Shown: positions 28,268 through 37,537 of the stretch, one piece after another
Numbering within the stretch: position 1 is the first letter of the stretch
Layout: every line of letters begins with the position of its first letter
Origin: Candidatus Micrarchaeota archaeon
Lineage (GTDB): Archaea; Micrarchaeota; Micrarchaeia; Burarchaeales; Fermentimicrarchaeaceae
Assembly: GCA_013425335.1 (NCBI GenBank)
Contig: JACCLG010000046.1
Coordinates: 1 to 52,510, forward strand
Length of the DNA: 52,510 nucleotides
Direction of reading: 5' to 3'
Notes under the pieces: model-generated
What the model saw: the letters and a program-made list of their open reading frames with translations, nothing else
Told to the model about the DNA's origin: nothing
Database searches by the model: none
Position numbers and translations under genes: made by a program

Positions 28268-28759
28268 TCACTTTTCAAGAGCCAGCATTGCAATCTTCTC
28301 AAGAAGCAGCTCCTCAAGGGGGTAGCATCCGCAGGCATTTTCACTTATGCCGAAGCTGTGGGTTATCCTGCTTGCCTTTTCCCTGCTCATCCTAAGCAGC
28401 GTCATATCAGGCTCTGCCCCCAGGTCTCTGAGCACTTCCTTCTCCTTCCCTTTTTGTACAAGGAACACAACTCTCCTCGCATCTTTCACCCCAACCTTCT
28501 TCACAGCCTCCTCAATTCGCCTTGTCCCAGCAGCCCAGAGCAGGAGCTCGCTCTCAATCTTCTTTGCTATACCCCTCTTCTCAGCAAAAGCCTTAAAAGC
28601 ATGGTGAGCTGAAAATATAAGATGGTTTTCGGAGAGAACCATGTCAGGGTCGAACGCCTGGATGACGGCTCTTCTCCTCTCAGAAACTTCCTTCATTCTG
28701 GAGAGAAGCTCCTCAACATCCTCAAACTTCGTCCTTGCCGGCACAACTCTGAATTCCAT
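28268..28759 (-). CDS. cgi121: KEOPS complex subunit Cgi121
   Basis: QAFD...HL...HA.KAF...IAK.IESELLLWAAGTRRIEEA...G; ends LLEKIAML. Confidence 0.85.
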   Translation of the reverse strand: MEFRVVPARTKFEDVEELLSRMKEVSERRRAVIQAFDPDMVLSENHLIFSAHHAFKAFAEKRGIAKKIESELLLWAAGTRRIEEAVKKVGVKDARRVVFLVQKGKEKEVLRDLGAEPDMTLLRMSREKASRITHSFGISENACGCYPLEELLLEKIAMLALEK

Positions 28760-28800
28760 GGAGAAATATTCAACAAACTTATATAAAAAGGAGGTTTCAT

Positions 28801-29184
28801 ATGGAGCAGTTTCACGGAAAGCCAAAGAGAAAGACAAGCGGGAGCGGCAAGAAGCAGAGGAAGTTCAGGGACAAGCGCCTGCACGAGATGGGCGGGCCAT
28901 TTGCCAGCACCAAGGTTGATGAGAAGGATGAGGTCAAGCTTGATAGAACCAGGGGCAGCAACATCAAGGTGAGGCTCATGCGGGCTGCATTTGCAAACAT
29001 AACAACTCCGGAAGGGATGAAGAAGGCCAAGATTAAATCCGTTGCCGAATCTCCTGACAACAGGCACCACGCCAGGATGAACATAATAACCAAGGGGGCA
29101 GTAATAGAGACGGAAATTGGCAAGGCAAGAGTGACAAGCAGGCCAGGGCAGCACGGGGTTGTGAATGCCATTCTTCTGAAGTAG
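28801..29184 (+). CDS. rps8e: 30S ribosomal protein S8e
   Basis: RKTSG, RTRGSN.K, NIITKGAVIETEIG.ARVTSRPGQHGVVNA. Confidence 0.97.
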   Translation: MEQFHGKPKRKTSGSGKKQRKFRDKRLHEMGGPFASTKVDEKDEVKLDRTRGSNIKVRLMRAAFANITTPEGMKKAKIKSVAESPDNRHHARMNIITKGAVIETEIGKARVTSRPGQHGVVNAILLK

Positions 29185-29220
29185 CTTCCTTTTTAAATTT
29201 TAAACTGCATAGAAATAGGC

Positions 29221-31173
29221 ATGCATAAACTGGAAAAGGACTTCTGCCATTTCGGTGATGAGCAGCTCCGGCTGAAGGAGCATCTTGAAGGCCTCGGAAA
29301 GGAGAAAATTGTGTGGGAGAGCTTCAGGACTGTCGACACCATCTCACCAGTATTTAAGGGAAAAGCCCCTGCGCTTTCCGTTGAGCTTATGTTCAATGCA
29401 GATAAAACCCTAAAAGAGGTAAAAATAGTCGACAGGGTGAAATCAATGACTGCAAAGTATGACAGTTCCGGAAAGCTTATAATGGACGAATGGCTTCTGA
29501 AGCACCCGGAATGCGCTGAAACTGCAAAGGTTTACGAGCAGAGACTCAATGCCCTGCTGACATACACCCGTACAATCCAAAAGCTACCTGCGTCTGAACC
29601 CCAAAAACAGGTTCAAAAGCCTTCCATAGTTGAGTCTCCAAAGCAGGCATTCCAGCCGCATGCCATAAAGACAGAAATTCCCATTCCTGCCTCCCAGCAG
29701 GAGGTAACAAGGCGGGTCAGGCATTTTACCGGCAAGATGGGCAGACCCTTCTTCACTCCGGAGCAGATTGAGATAAGAAACAAGGAGATAGATGCTTTCT
29801 GCGAAGAGAAAGGCATTGATTTCGAGAACCATCCTTCTCTCCATAATCTAGCTCTGAAAAACCTTAAGAGAATAGTCGCATTATGTGAAGAGAAGCACAT
29901 GCCATTCGCCCCCTACCGCAGCTTCCTTTCCTATCCATTCAACAGTTTCAGAGGCAACCTCCAAGCCCTTGAAGAACACGGAGTTGACCCAGTAAAATTT
30001 GCATATGCGCTTGTATTCCCCACGCAAAACCTCTCAGACAACTTGAAAACCTGCGCTGAGCAGGGGAGAGATGCTGTGGAAGAAGCCTTGGTTCCGCACC
30101 TCAGCATGAACTCTGAAAAATTCAGGGAGTTCCTAAATACCTACGTGCCTCCGGAACACCTGAACCCAGAAGAGAGGGAGAAAAAGGTCATTGCAATACT
30201 CGTGAAAAACGGCATGGAGGAGAAAGATATCAAGGACTACACAAAGAAAAAAGCCCCAGAAACAGTTGGGAGGATAATAGAAATATGCGACAGGCATCAT
30301 TTTAACTGGAAAGCCCATCAGATTGTCTTTTCATATGCTCCCGGTACTCTCAACTCAAACCTCGATGCATGTGCATCCCATAATATAAGCCCTGTCCGCC
30401 TTAACGTGCTAAAATACCTCATGCTTCCAACTGAGAGGTTCAATAAAGCGCTGGATGACGCAATCTCGCAGGGTGTGTTGCCGAGGTATGCCCTCCCAGC
30501 AGATAGGGAGAATGCAATTGTCCAGATGATAGTGGAAAAAGGAATGGATGAAAAAGAAATAAAGGACTATGTCAAGAAAAGCCATCCTAAGACAGTTAAG
30601 AAGATAATAGAGGCATGTGAGGAAAATGGATTCGACTGGAAAAAGCACCAGATTGTTTTCACGTTTGCCCCGAATACACTGCTTCTGAATCTCCGCTCAT
30701 GCACGTCCAACAATATTGACCCCGTAAAATTCGAGCTTATAACCGACCTTACTCTCCCCAATGAAAGATTCAACAGCAGGCTGAGGGAAATAATTGAGAA
30801 AGGCGTCCAACCGAAACTTCTGTCAGAGGAGGAGAAGAGGAGCAAAATCCTCGAGATAATGGCAAGGGAGGGCTTGAGCGAAAATGAGGTAAACAACTAT
30901 ACCAAGAAAAAACCCCCAGAAACAGTTGAGAGGATAATAGAAATATGCGACAGGCATCATTTTGACTGGAAAGCCCATCAGATTATTTTTGCATGTGGTC
31001 ATAATATTTTGGAATCCAACCTGAGCTTGTGTGACTTCAACAATGTAGACCCGGTAAAGTTCGGCGTAATCTCAAGGCTGACCCTCTCGCGCGATGACTT
31101 CAAGGATTATCTGAAAGTTCTCATGGCTCAGAGAGGGCTGGAATTCAAAGAGCTCCCGCCTCAATCACAGTAA
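29221..31173 (+). CDS. Hypothetical helical-repeat protein (mTERF-like appearance)
   Basis: Three about 110-aa repeats (KK.PETV..IIE.C....F.WK.HQI.F...L..NL..C) plus a degenerate one. Confidence 0.6.
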   Translation: MHKLEKDFCHFGDEQLRLKEHLEGLGKEKIVWESFRTVDTISPVFKGKAPALSVELMFNADKTLKEVKIVDRVKSMTAKYDSSGKLIMDEWLLKHPECAETAKVYEQRLNALLTYTRTIQKLPASEPQKQVQKPSIVESPKQAFQPHAIKTEIPIPASQQEVTRRVRHFTGKMGRPFFTPEQIEIRNKEIDAFCEEKGIDFENHPSLHNLALKNLKRIVALCEEKHMPFAPYRSFLSYPFNSFRGNLQALEEHGVDPVKFAYALVFPTQNLSDNLKTCAEQGRDAVEEALVPHLSMNSEKFREFLNTYVPPEHLNPEEREKKVIAILVKNGMEEKDIKDYTKKKAPETVGRIIEICDRHHFNWKAHQIVFSYAPGTLNSNLDACASHNISPVRLNVLKYLMLPTERFNKALDDAISQGVLPRYALPADRENAIVQMIVEKGMDEKEIKDYVKKSHPKTVKKIIEACEENGFDWKKHQIVFTFAPNTLLLNLRSCTSNNIDPVKFELITDLTLPNERFNSRLREIIEKGVQPKLLSEEEKRSKILEIMAREGLSENEVNNYTKKKPPETVERIIEICDRHHFDWKAHQIIFACGHNILESNLSLCDFNNVDPVKFGVISRLTLSRDDFKDYLKVLMAQRGLEFKELPPQSQ

Positions 31174-31203
31174 ATTTTTATACCTAGATGCTGATACATA
31201 CTC

Positions 31204-31836
31204 ATGGAAGCAGTTGAGACATTTGAGCCTGCCGTTATTGAGAAAAAAACAAGGGAGAGGTGCGAGACAAACTTCTGGAAGGCTGCCTCCCAGAAGCTCC
31301 ACTCTCTTGGCAATTCTCTCAAAAACTACTCCAGAGACGTTGTTGAGCCAAAAATAAGGAGCTGCGATGAGCTTCTCAAGAAGTCGTCTGACGAGCTCGA
31401 AATACTCAAAGACATCATAGCGAGGATAACCAAGCTCTTCAAAAGGGTGAGCCCCAAGGAAGATGAATGGATGCTCAAATCCTCATTTGAAATCAGGGAC
31501 AGGCGCTCGGAGCTCACTGAGCTTAAAACAAACCTTGAGAAGACTGCGGAGAACATAGAGAGCGTCGCATACTGGTCCTCTGTTCGGGCAAATGACCGGT
31601 CAAACTCCCAGGCCGAGGTCTCCCTGAAGATGCTGCTTGACAAGAATGCAAATTTGCAGGAGTGGGTGGACTTCGGCATAGGATTGAAGACTCCGTCTGG
31701 GAAAATCGTGGGCAGCTCCTGGCAAGGCTTGAGCCTCGGCTATCCTGCAATAAGAACCTCATTTGAGAAAGCGGTTGGGGCAAAGAGAACTATAGCGTCA
31801 ACATTGGTGGAGAGACTAACAAAGGGTATGCTATAG
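31204..31836 (+). CDS. Hypothetical protein
   Basis: 210-aa ORF with an upstream TTTATA. Confidence 0.55.
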   Translation: MEAVETFEPAVIEKKTRERCETNFWKAASQKLHSLGNSLKNYSRDVVEPKIRSCDELLKKSSDELEILKDIIARITKLFKRVSPKEDEWMLKSSFEIRDRRSELTELKTNLEKTAENIESVAYWSSVRANDRSNSQAEVSLKMLLDKNANLQEWVDFGIGLKTPSGKIVGSSWQGLSLGYPAIRTSFEKAVGAKRTIASTLVERLTKGML

Positions 31837-31896
31837 CAGTTGAAAAAGCAGAAAAAGAAAAAAATAAGAAAAAAAGAAAGTTGTCAATCTATTCTT

Positions 31897-32136
31897 CTAA
31901 ACAATTGGAGCTTCGCCGGCTTCACCGACCTTCTCTGCAATTGCGCAGGTTCTCTTCACGTCGGTTATTTTCACCTTAATCTTCTCTCCAACCTTAGCGT
32001 TCGGGACAAATATAACAAATCCCTCAACCTTTGCAATTCCATCCCCTTTGGATGCAACTGCCTCTATTGTTATTTCCCTCTCTTCCCCAACCTGAACAGG
32101 TTTAGGGCCAAAATCGGGTCTTCTTCCAAATTCCAT
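31897..32136 (-). CDS. Single TRAM-domain RNA chaperone
   Basis: PKPVQVGEE..ITIE....GDGIAKVEGFVIFVP..KVGEK.KVKI. Confidence 0.9.
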   Translation of the reverse strand: MEFGRRPDFGPKPVQVGEEREITIEAVASKGDGIAKVEGFVIFVPNAKVGEKIKVKITDVKRTCAIAEKVGEAGEAPIV

Positions 32137-32290
32137 ACTTTACACCTCTTCTTTTAAACGTCAGAAAGAGCTTTCCTTCCTCTCTGCTTTCAGCAGTCAG
32201 ACAGTACAGCTTTCCTTCCGTTGATAAGCTATTATATGCATTGGTAAGTTTATAAATATATCAGTGGGAAGGCCCTTACCTCGGGGCGTC

Positions 32291-32953
32291 TCACCTGCGG
32301 GTCGCAGAATTCAGCAGCTCTATGTTCACCCTGCTTCCGTCCTTAAGCTTGAGCTTTTCCCTCAGGTTGTGTTGCGAGACAATCTCAATGATATCCGAGC
32401 TGTAGTGCGACCTTTCGGGGAGCACAAGAGCCCCCCTCACTTTGCCGTTTATCAGCACTGGGAAGCATTTAACTTTTCCCAAAACTCGATTGCCAATGCT
32501 GAACCCGTCAACAGTAATTCCTTTCATCCTGTTGAGCATCAGCTTCTTGTTCCTGTCCTCCATCACAACATTGAGGGTTCCCCTGTAAGGAGTGAAGCCC
32601 AGCTTTTTCCTGAACTGCCTCGCATAGTGAGGGAGCGAAAGGTAATACCTGCCGTCCTTCAGGCCGGACACCACAGTCCCAAAGAGCTTGACTGGAAACT
32701 CCTTTTCAAATGAGCTCTTCATCACAAAATAAACTCTCATTAGCTCATCCAGCGCCTTGCTCGTCAGCCAGATGCTGGAATGCCCCCTCTCCACAAACCC
32801 CGCCCTCTCAAGCTGTATAACCCACCTCGAGATGCTCTGCTGGGAGATGCCAAGCTCCCTCGCAATATCGTTTGTTGTAGCAAAAACTTTGTCAGTGCCC
32901 CCTCCTGCCCTTAACAGCAAAAGAAGCAAATCAAGATGTGTCTTCTTCATCAT
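32291..32953 (-). CDS. ribK: CTP-dependent riboflavin kinase with N-terminal HTH (RbkR-like)
   Basis: SQQSISRW HTH; GTVVSGLKDGRYY, LGFTPYRGTLN, IEIVS..NLR..LKL.DG. Confidence 0.9.
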   Translation of the reverse strand: MMKKTHLDLLLLLLRAGGGTDKVFATTNDIARELGISQQSISRWVIQLERAGFVERGHSSIWLTSKALDELMRVYFVMKSSFEKEFPVKLFGTVVSGLKDGRYYLSLPHYARQFRKKLGFTPYRGTLNVVMEDRNKKLMLNRMKGITVDGFSIGNRVLGKVKCFPVLINGKVRGALVLPERSHYSSDIIEIVSQHNLREKLKLKDGSRVNIELLNSATRR

Positions 32954-32999
32954 CTAAACTACCTCAATATGCTGGCGGAGGCAGTTCACTTGCCCGCGG

Positions 33000-33329
33000 T
33001 TACTTTTTTTGTTTATGGCTGAACCACATTGCGTATAGCGTGGTAATCTCAACTAGTATGAATAGGAGCGAGACGTTTATTGATACCAGAGAAACGAGCA
33101 TGGCTCTCGATATGTCCACATCGCTTACCGCACCAGGCTTGAGCAGCACGAACGGGTTGGCAAGCGCCATAACATAGAGCGTTGTAGCCACCGGAAATAG
33201 CACGAAAAGTATCTGCATCCAGTATGCCTTTATGCTCCACGATAGAAACTTATATTCATCAGGCATCATATCACCCAAGATTAGTTGTATTCCGGTGTAT
33301 ATTAAGCTTGCTATGCAGGCCATCTCCAA
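33000..33329 (-). CDS. Small membrane protein
   Basis: Two hydrophobic helices; start uncertain. Confidence 0.45.
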   Translation of the reverse strand: MEMACIASLIYTGIQLILGDMMPDEYKFLSWSIKAYWMQILFVLFPVATTLYVMALANPFVLLKPGAVSDVDISRAMLVSLVSINVSLLFILVEITTLYAMWFSHKQKK

Positions 33330-33375
33330 TGCTTTCCATGCGCAGATATTTATTCAACATACACAAAATTGAATC

Positions 33376-34359
33376 ATGCGACTGGATGCTGCAATGAATC
33401 TTGAAATGGGGGAAACTTCCATCTCCCTTGACGGATGCGGAAGGGCAAACTGCTTTGTTTCGCATGCGCACTCAGACCATGTCGCAGCCCTCAGGGCAGG
33501 AGGGAAGAGCATACTTGCATCCGATGAGACGCTCGCCCTGGCCGGCTACTCGGATAAAGTCTCCCCTTTGAAACTGGACGGAGTGAGCATAAAACTTCTC
33601 AACTCAGGCCACATACTGGGCTCAAGGCAGCTCAGGGCTGAGCTGGACGGGGAAAGTTTTGTCTACACTGGCGACTTCAAGCTTCACGACTCGCTTACAA
33701 CAAAGGGCGCTGAAGTTGAGAAATGCGACGTCCTTCTCATTGAGAGCACTTATGGATCACCGGAGATGGTTTTTCCCGAGAGGGATTTTGTATACTCCTG
33801 TATGGCGAAGTGGGTGAGGAGCAACCTTGAGAGAGGAGCCATAGTAATGCTTGGCGGCTACTCAATAGGAAAAGCGCAGGAGCTCGTGAAGCTCGCAAAC
33901 CAATATCTTGGGATATCACCGGTTGTCGAGTCTAACATTGAAAAAGCATGCTCTGTTTATGAAAAATTCGGGGTCAAGCTTGACAGGATACCTGTGAGGA
34001 CAGATGAGGCAGAGGAAGTACTGAAGCACGAGTTCCTTTCCATTGTAACCCCGTCTTCTGCCAGCAGGAGCTTCTGCGGCAAGCTCGAGGGGATATACAA
34101 CAGGAAAGTTGTCTGCGCTGTTGCCAGCGGCTGGGCGCTGAGGTATGCCTATTCCGCGGACAGGGCGTTTCCGCTGAGCGACCATGCCGATTTCAACCAG
34201 CTGATTGAATATGTCGAGAGGAGCTCCCCTAGGAAAATATACTGCACCCACGGAGAGACTGTGAGGCTTGCCAGCGAGCTCAGGAGGAGAGGCTACGACG
34301 CAAAAACAATCAGCAAGGCGTCCCAGATGACGCTCGATGAATTCTCGGAGGGGGACTGA
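33376..34359 (+). CDS. Beta-CASP metallo-beta-lactamase nuclease
   Basis: SHAHSDH, SGHILGS, YTGD, ESTYG, GKAQE, LSDHADF, THG. Confidence 0.9.
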   Translation: MRLDAAMNLEMGETSISLDGCGRANCFVSHAHSDHVAALRAGGKSILASDETLALAGYSDKVSPLKLDGVSIKLLNSGHILGSRQLRAELDGESFVYTGDFKLHDSLTTKGAEVEKCDVLLIESTYGSPEMVFPERDFVYSCMAKWVRSNLERGAIVMLGGYSIGKAQELVKLANQYLGISPVVESNIEKACSVYEKFGVKLDRIPVRTDEAEEVLKHEFLSIVTPSSASRSFCGKLEGIYNRKVVCAVASGWALRYAYSADRAFPLSDHADFNQLIEYVERSSPRKIYCTHGETVRLASELRRRGYDAKTISKASQMTLDEFSEGD

Positions 34360-34415
34360 TGCTGGCAATAATTTAATATACCTCATACTCAAATAGATTT
34401 GGGGGGGGGGATAAA

Positions 34416-34817
34416 ATGAAGGAACTAACGATTTTCGCTGAAGACAGGGTTGGCCTTCTGGCCAAAATTTCGAATAGACTGAGTGAGAAGAAAATCAATA
34501 TAGATTACATATCTGGTGAGAGCATAGGCGGCACAGCAGTTTTGCACATCGTTGTGAAGGACGGGGAAAAGGTGAAGAAGATACTGGAGGAGGCCGGCTT
34601 TCTCACGGCGCTTTCCGATGTGCTGGTTCTGAAGCTCAAGGACAGGCCTGGGGAGATGGGAACTGTTGCGGCAATACTAGCTTTCAAGGGAGTGAACATA
34701 AGAAGCGTGTACAGCCTTGAGAAGAAGGGCAATGAGGGAATATTCGCATTCAAGGTGGATGACATAAAGAAGGCAAAAGAAGCTGTAAAGAGCTATGTTT
34801 ATACAAAGATGGGCTGA
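34416..34817 (+). CDS. Tandem ACT-domain protein
   Basis: EDRVGLLA.I...INI and DRPGEM.....GVNI. Confidence 0.85.
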   Translation: MKELTIFAEDRVGLLAKISNRLSEKKINIDYISGESIGGTAVLHIVVKDGEKVKKILEEAGFLTALSDVLVLKLKDRPGEMGTVAAILAFKGVNIRSVYSLEKKGNEGIFAFKVDDIKKAKEAVKSYVYTKMG

Positions 34818-34871
34818 GCAATAATTCCTTGTTGTTTGTATTTCAGTTAGTTGTCAGACCAGGCTTCTTAA

Positions 34872-34944
34872 TAGCCCCGGTCGGATTCGAACCGGCGTGT
34901 GGAGCTCCAGAGGCTCCCATCCTTGACCACTAGATGACGGGGCT
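34872..34944 (-). tRNA. tRNA-Gln (CTG)
   Basis: AGCCCCG acceptor stem, D-loop AGTGGTCAA, GGAGC-CTCTGGA-GCTCC anticodon arm, GGTTCGAATCC; A1-U72; no encoded CCA. Confidence 0.93.
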
Positions 34945-36009
34945 GCGAGTAGGTTTAGTCCCCTCTTCCTTTAAACCTTTTTCCCCAAGCTCATAATCTT
35001 TTGGGAAGTAGATGAAGTTTGAGGCAAACAGCCCGCTCATCACATCCCCTCCTCCCTGCGGTATTCCAAAAGTGAGCTCCTCGCTTTGGGATACGGGCTC
35101 CTTCACGCATGGAAACTTCGAGCGGAAATGCATCTCAAGCAGGTCTGAATTCTCCCCATAACCTATGAATGTTACTCTGAATATTGCGTCGTTTGTGAGC
35201 CTGGCGTTGTCGCACATTGCAACTATGGTGCGCGCTATGTACTCCCTTTTCACGTCAAATTTTTTCGGCGGCACTGCAACTGTTGTCTCCTCATAGACTG
35301 CACCCTTGTCCAAATCCCTCACAGGAGTTGTTGTGAACTGACTGGAAAGTGCATTGCCCAGCAGCACCAGCAGCGAAACCTTCTTCTCCTTCTTCACAAC
35401 CCCCCCGGTCCGCCCGTAGGTGATTTCCTTCTCGTAGAATGCGCGCTCCTTCTCAAGCTCTGCCTCGGATGCAGGAACGAAGGACACCAGCATTTTTGTC
35501 TTCTCTCCTTTCATTGCGTTGTAGATGTCCGCAAGCCTCTCCGGGTCGTAGTACATTCTTGCCTGGCTTGCCGGTGAGCGTTCTCCCGCTTCCCTGTAAT
35601 CCATAATGTGCTCGGGAAGCGGAAATGCGATGTACTTCCACAGGGTTTTCGGGTCTATCTCCTCATCCAGGCACTCGCTGAGATACTCGAACCCCAACCC
35701 CCCAGCCCCCTCGAATATGCTCTCAACCACCCTTCTCCCAGCCCCGAGAGTCACCATGTAGATTTTCTCTTCTTCAAAATCATACAGTATTGAGAAGGGT
35801 GTGCCCTTGAGTTTCCTCGTGAAAATGGCAGGAACATTGAATTCACTCTTGACTTTGTGGAGCATGAAGAGATGGTATCCTGAAACAACATGGCTTGACT
35901 TGCCTCTCCTGAAAGTTATGTCAAACCCGTCCTTCCCCATTCTAATGCTGCTCTCGTTGTTGCTGGGCTTGTCTGTCCCAATAACCAAGCCGGACGGATC
36001 GAATTTCAT
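34930..36009 (-). CDS. Hypothetical protein
   Basis: 359-aa ORF with upstream TTTAAATA; its stop lies inside the tRNA. Confidence 0.65.
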   Translation of the reverse strand: MKFDPSGLVIGTDKPSNNESSIRMGKDGFDITFRRGKSSHVVSGYHLFMLHKVKSEFNVPAIFTRKLKGTPFSILYDFEEEKIYMVTLGAGRRVVESIFEGAGGLGFEYLSECLDEEIDPKTLWKYIAFPLPEHIMDYREAGERSPASQARMYYDPERLADIYNAMKGEKTKMLVSFVPASEAELEKERAFYEKEITYGRTGGVVKKEKKVSLLVLLGNALSSQFTTTPVRDLDKGAVYEETTVAVPPKKFDVKREYIARTIVAMCDNARLTNDAIFRVTFIGYGENSDLLEMHFRSKFPCVKEPVSQSEELTFGIPQGGGDVMSGLFASNFIYFPKDYELGEKGLKEEGTKPTRSPVI

Positions 36010-36080
36010 GACTAATTTCTGCCTTTCACTATTTAAAAGACTTCAGATACTTATTTATATAACTGTGAAAAAATAACTTC

Positions 36081-37106
36081 ATGAAAAAAATACTACTCGT
36101 ATTTGCTCTCCTGCTCCTTGCAGGATGCCTATGCCCTTACTTGCTGGGTGGCAGCAAGGATGTGCTTGAACTGGTGCCAAAATCCGCGAACGTTGTACTA
36201 ATAGTCAGACCCTCTGCAATTCTCAACGACTCGGACCTGTCCTCGCTATACAATTACGGGGGCACGGCATACAACAAACAGCGTATTGAGACGACCACAG
36301 GCATAGACCCAACAAAGATTGACAGGATTGTGCTCTTCACGGAGGTTAACTCCCTCAAATCTACAGACAACTCTTACGGGGCGTTCATCGCACGCGGCAC
36401 AATGGACAAGAACACTGTTCTGGACAAAATGAGAGTGGATAATTACGTAACCCAGCTTAGCTACGGAGGCCAGGATCTCTACGAGATAAGCTCAAAGCAG
36501 TCGCCCGGCGATGTTTCATATTTCTCCTTCCTTGACAGCAGTACTCTTGTGGGGGGGACAAAAGAAGCTGTGGAGGATTCCATTGACACCAACGCCGGGA
36601 AGATGGACAGCGTGAAAACCAGGCAGAACCTCAGCCAAATCTACGATGCGCTTGACAAGAACTCACTCATCATCCTCCTCATGGATATACCTCAGCAGAT
36701 GAAGAGGGAGATAAGCCAGAGCCTGAGCTCCCAGCCCAATTTCCAGGCACTTTCGCAAATTGACTGCATTGGGCTCTCGGCTGTTAAAAACAGCAAAAAT
36801 ATAAACATCAAAATGCTCGTCACTGCTGACGACGCTTCCTCGGCAACCGATGTATCCGATGCGTTCGACAAGGGTCTCTCGACTCTCAAAGGAGTTGCTC
36901 CGGCAGGGAGCACAATTGAGACTATTGCGAATAAATTGAGTGTTGATGCAAAGGGAGTCACCGTCACGGTAAACCTCCAAACAACATCTAACGAGCTGAA
37001 CAGCCTAATTGGTGAGCTCTCTTCGCTCGGCGGGGCCAATTCCCAGGGAGGGACTGGAGCAGGCGATAATGGGTCAAGCATCCAAGGAATCATCCTGCCT
37101 GGGTAG
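36081..37106 (+). CDS. Lipoprotein of unknown function
   Basis: MKK + hydrophobic stretch + LAGC lipobox. Confidence 0.7.
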   Translation: MKKILLVFALLLLAGCLCPYLLGGSKDVLELVPKSANVVLIVRPSAILNDSDLSSLYNYGGTAYNKQRIETTTGIDPTKIDRIVLFTEVNSLKSTDNSYGAFIARGTMDKNTVLDKMRVDNYVTQLSYGGQDLYEISSKQSPGDVSYFSFLDSSTLVGGTKEAVEDSIDTNAGKMDSVKTRQNLSQIYDALDKNSLIILLMDIPQQMKREISQSLSSQPNFQALSQIDCIGLSAVKNSKNINIKMLVTADDASSATDVSDAFDKGLSTLKGVAPAGSTIETIANKLSVDAKGVTVTVNLQTTSNELNSLIGELSSLGGANSQGGTGAGDNGSSIQGIILPG

Positions 37107-37112
37107 CCAGCG

Positions 37113-37529
37113 TTATATATCCAGCAGCACCCTTATTGTGAGCTTGCCGTTTCCCTCAACCTTTATGAGGTGGTGGGTGACTGCCTTTATGTTCGTCTTA
37201 ACCTTCCCGCTCTCCCACCTGCCTCCATGGACTTTTCCCCTTATGCTGAAAACTCCGTCTTTCTGAGCAAACCTCTCAACCTCAAACCTCTTTGGAAGCA
37301 CTTCATTTATCTCGCTCTCCGAGAGGATTGTTGAAAGCGTGAAGACAGTGAGTTTCTCCAGGCTGTCTGCATGCTCCTCAACACTGAAGCTTTTCTCTTT
37401 CTTGAGTTTTTTGGTATCGCACATGACGCCGAACATTGCTTCTGCCGCATTCTGAAGAGCTTCCTCAAAGTTCTTCCCATAGGCCTCGAAAAGCACGTCT
37501 GCAGTATGCTCAAGAAAGCGGTATTTCAT
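37113..37529 (-). CDS. Archease
   Basis: YRFLEHTADV...IKAVTHH...VLLDI. Confidence 0.93.
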   Translation of the reverse strand: MKYRFLEHTADVLFEAYGKNFEEALQNAAEAMFGVMCDTKKLKKEKSFSVEEHADSLEKLTVFTLSTILSESEINEVLPKRFEVERFAQKDGVFSIRGKVHGGRWESGKVKTNIKAVTHHLIKVEGNGKLTIRVLLDI

Positions 37530-37537
37530 CAACTCAT

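Noticed and set aside
30254-30981. DGR template/variable repeat pair
   Set aside because: Mismatches are not adenine-specific in one copy, both copies lie in one ORF, and there is no reverse transcriptase.
34401-34410. Poly-G tract as a phase-variation switch
   Set aside because: It sits at the RBS of an ordinary ACT gene; no evidence of length variation without reads.
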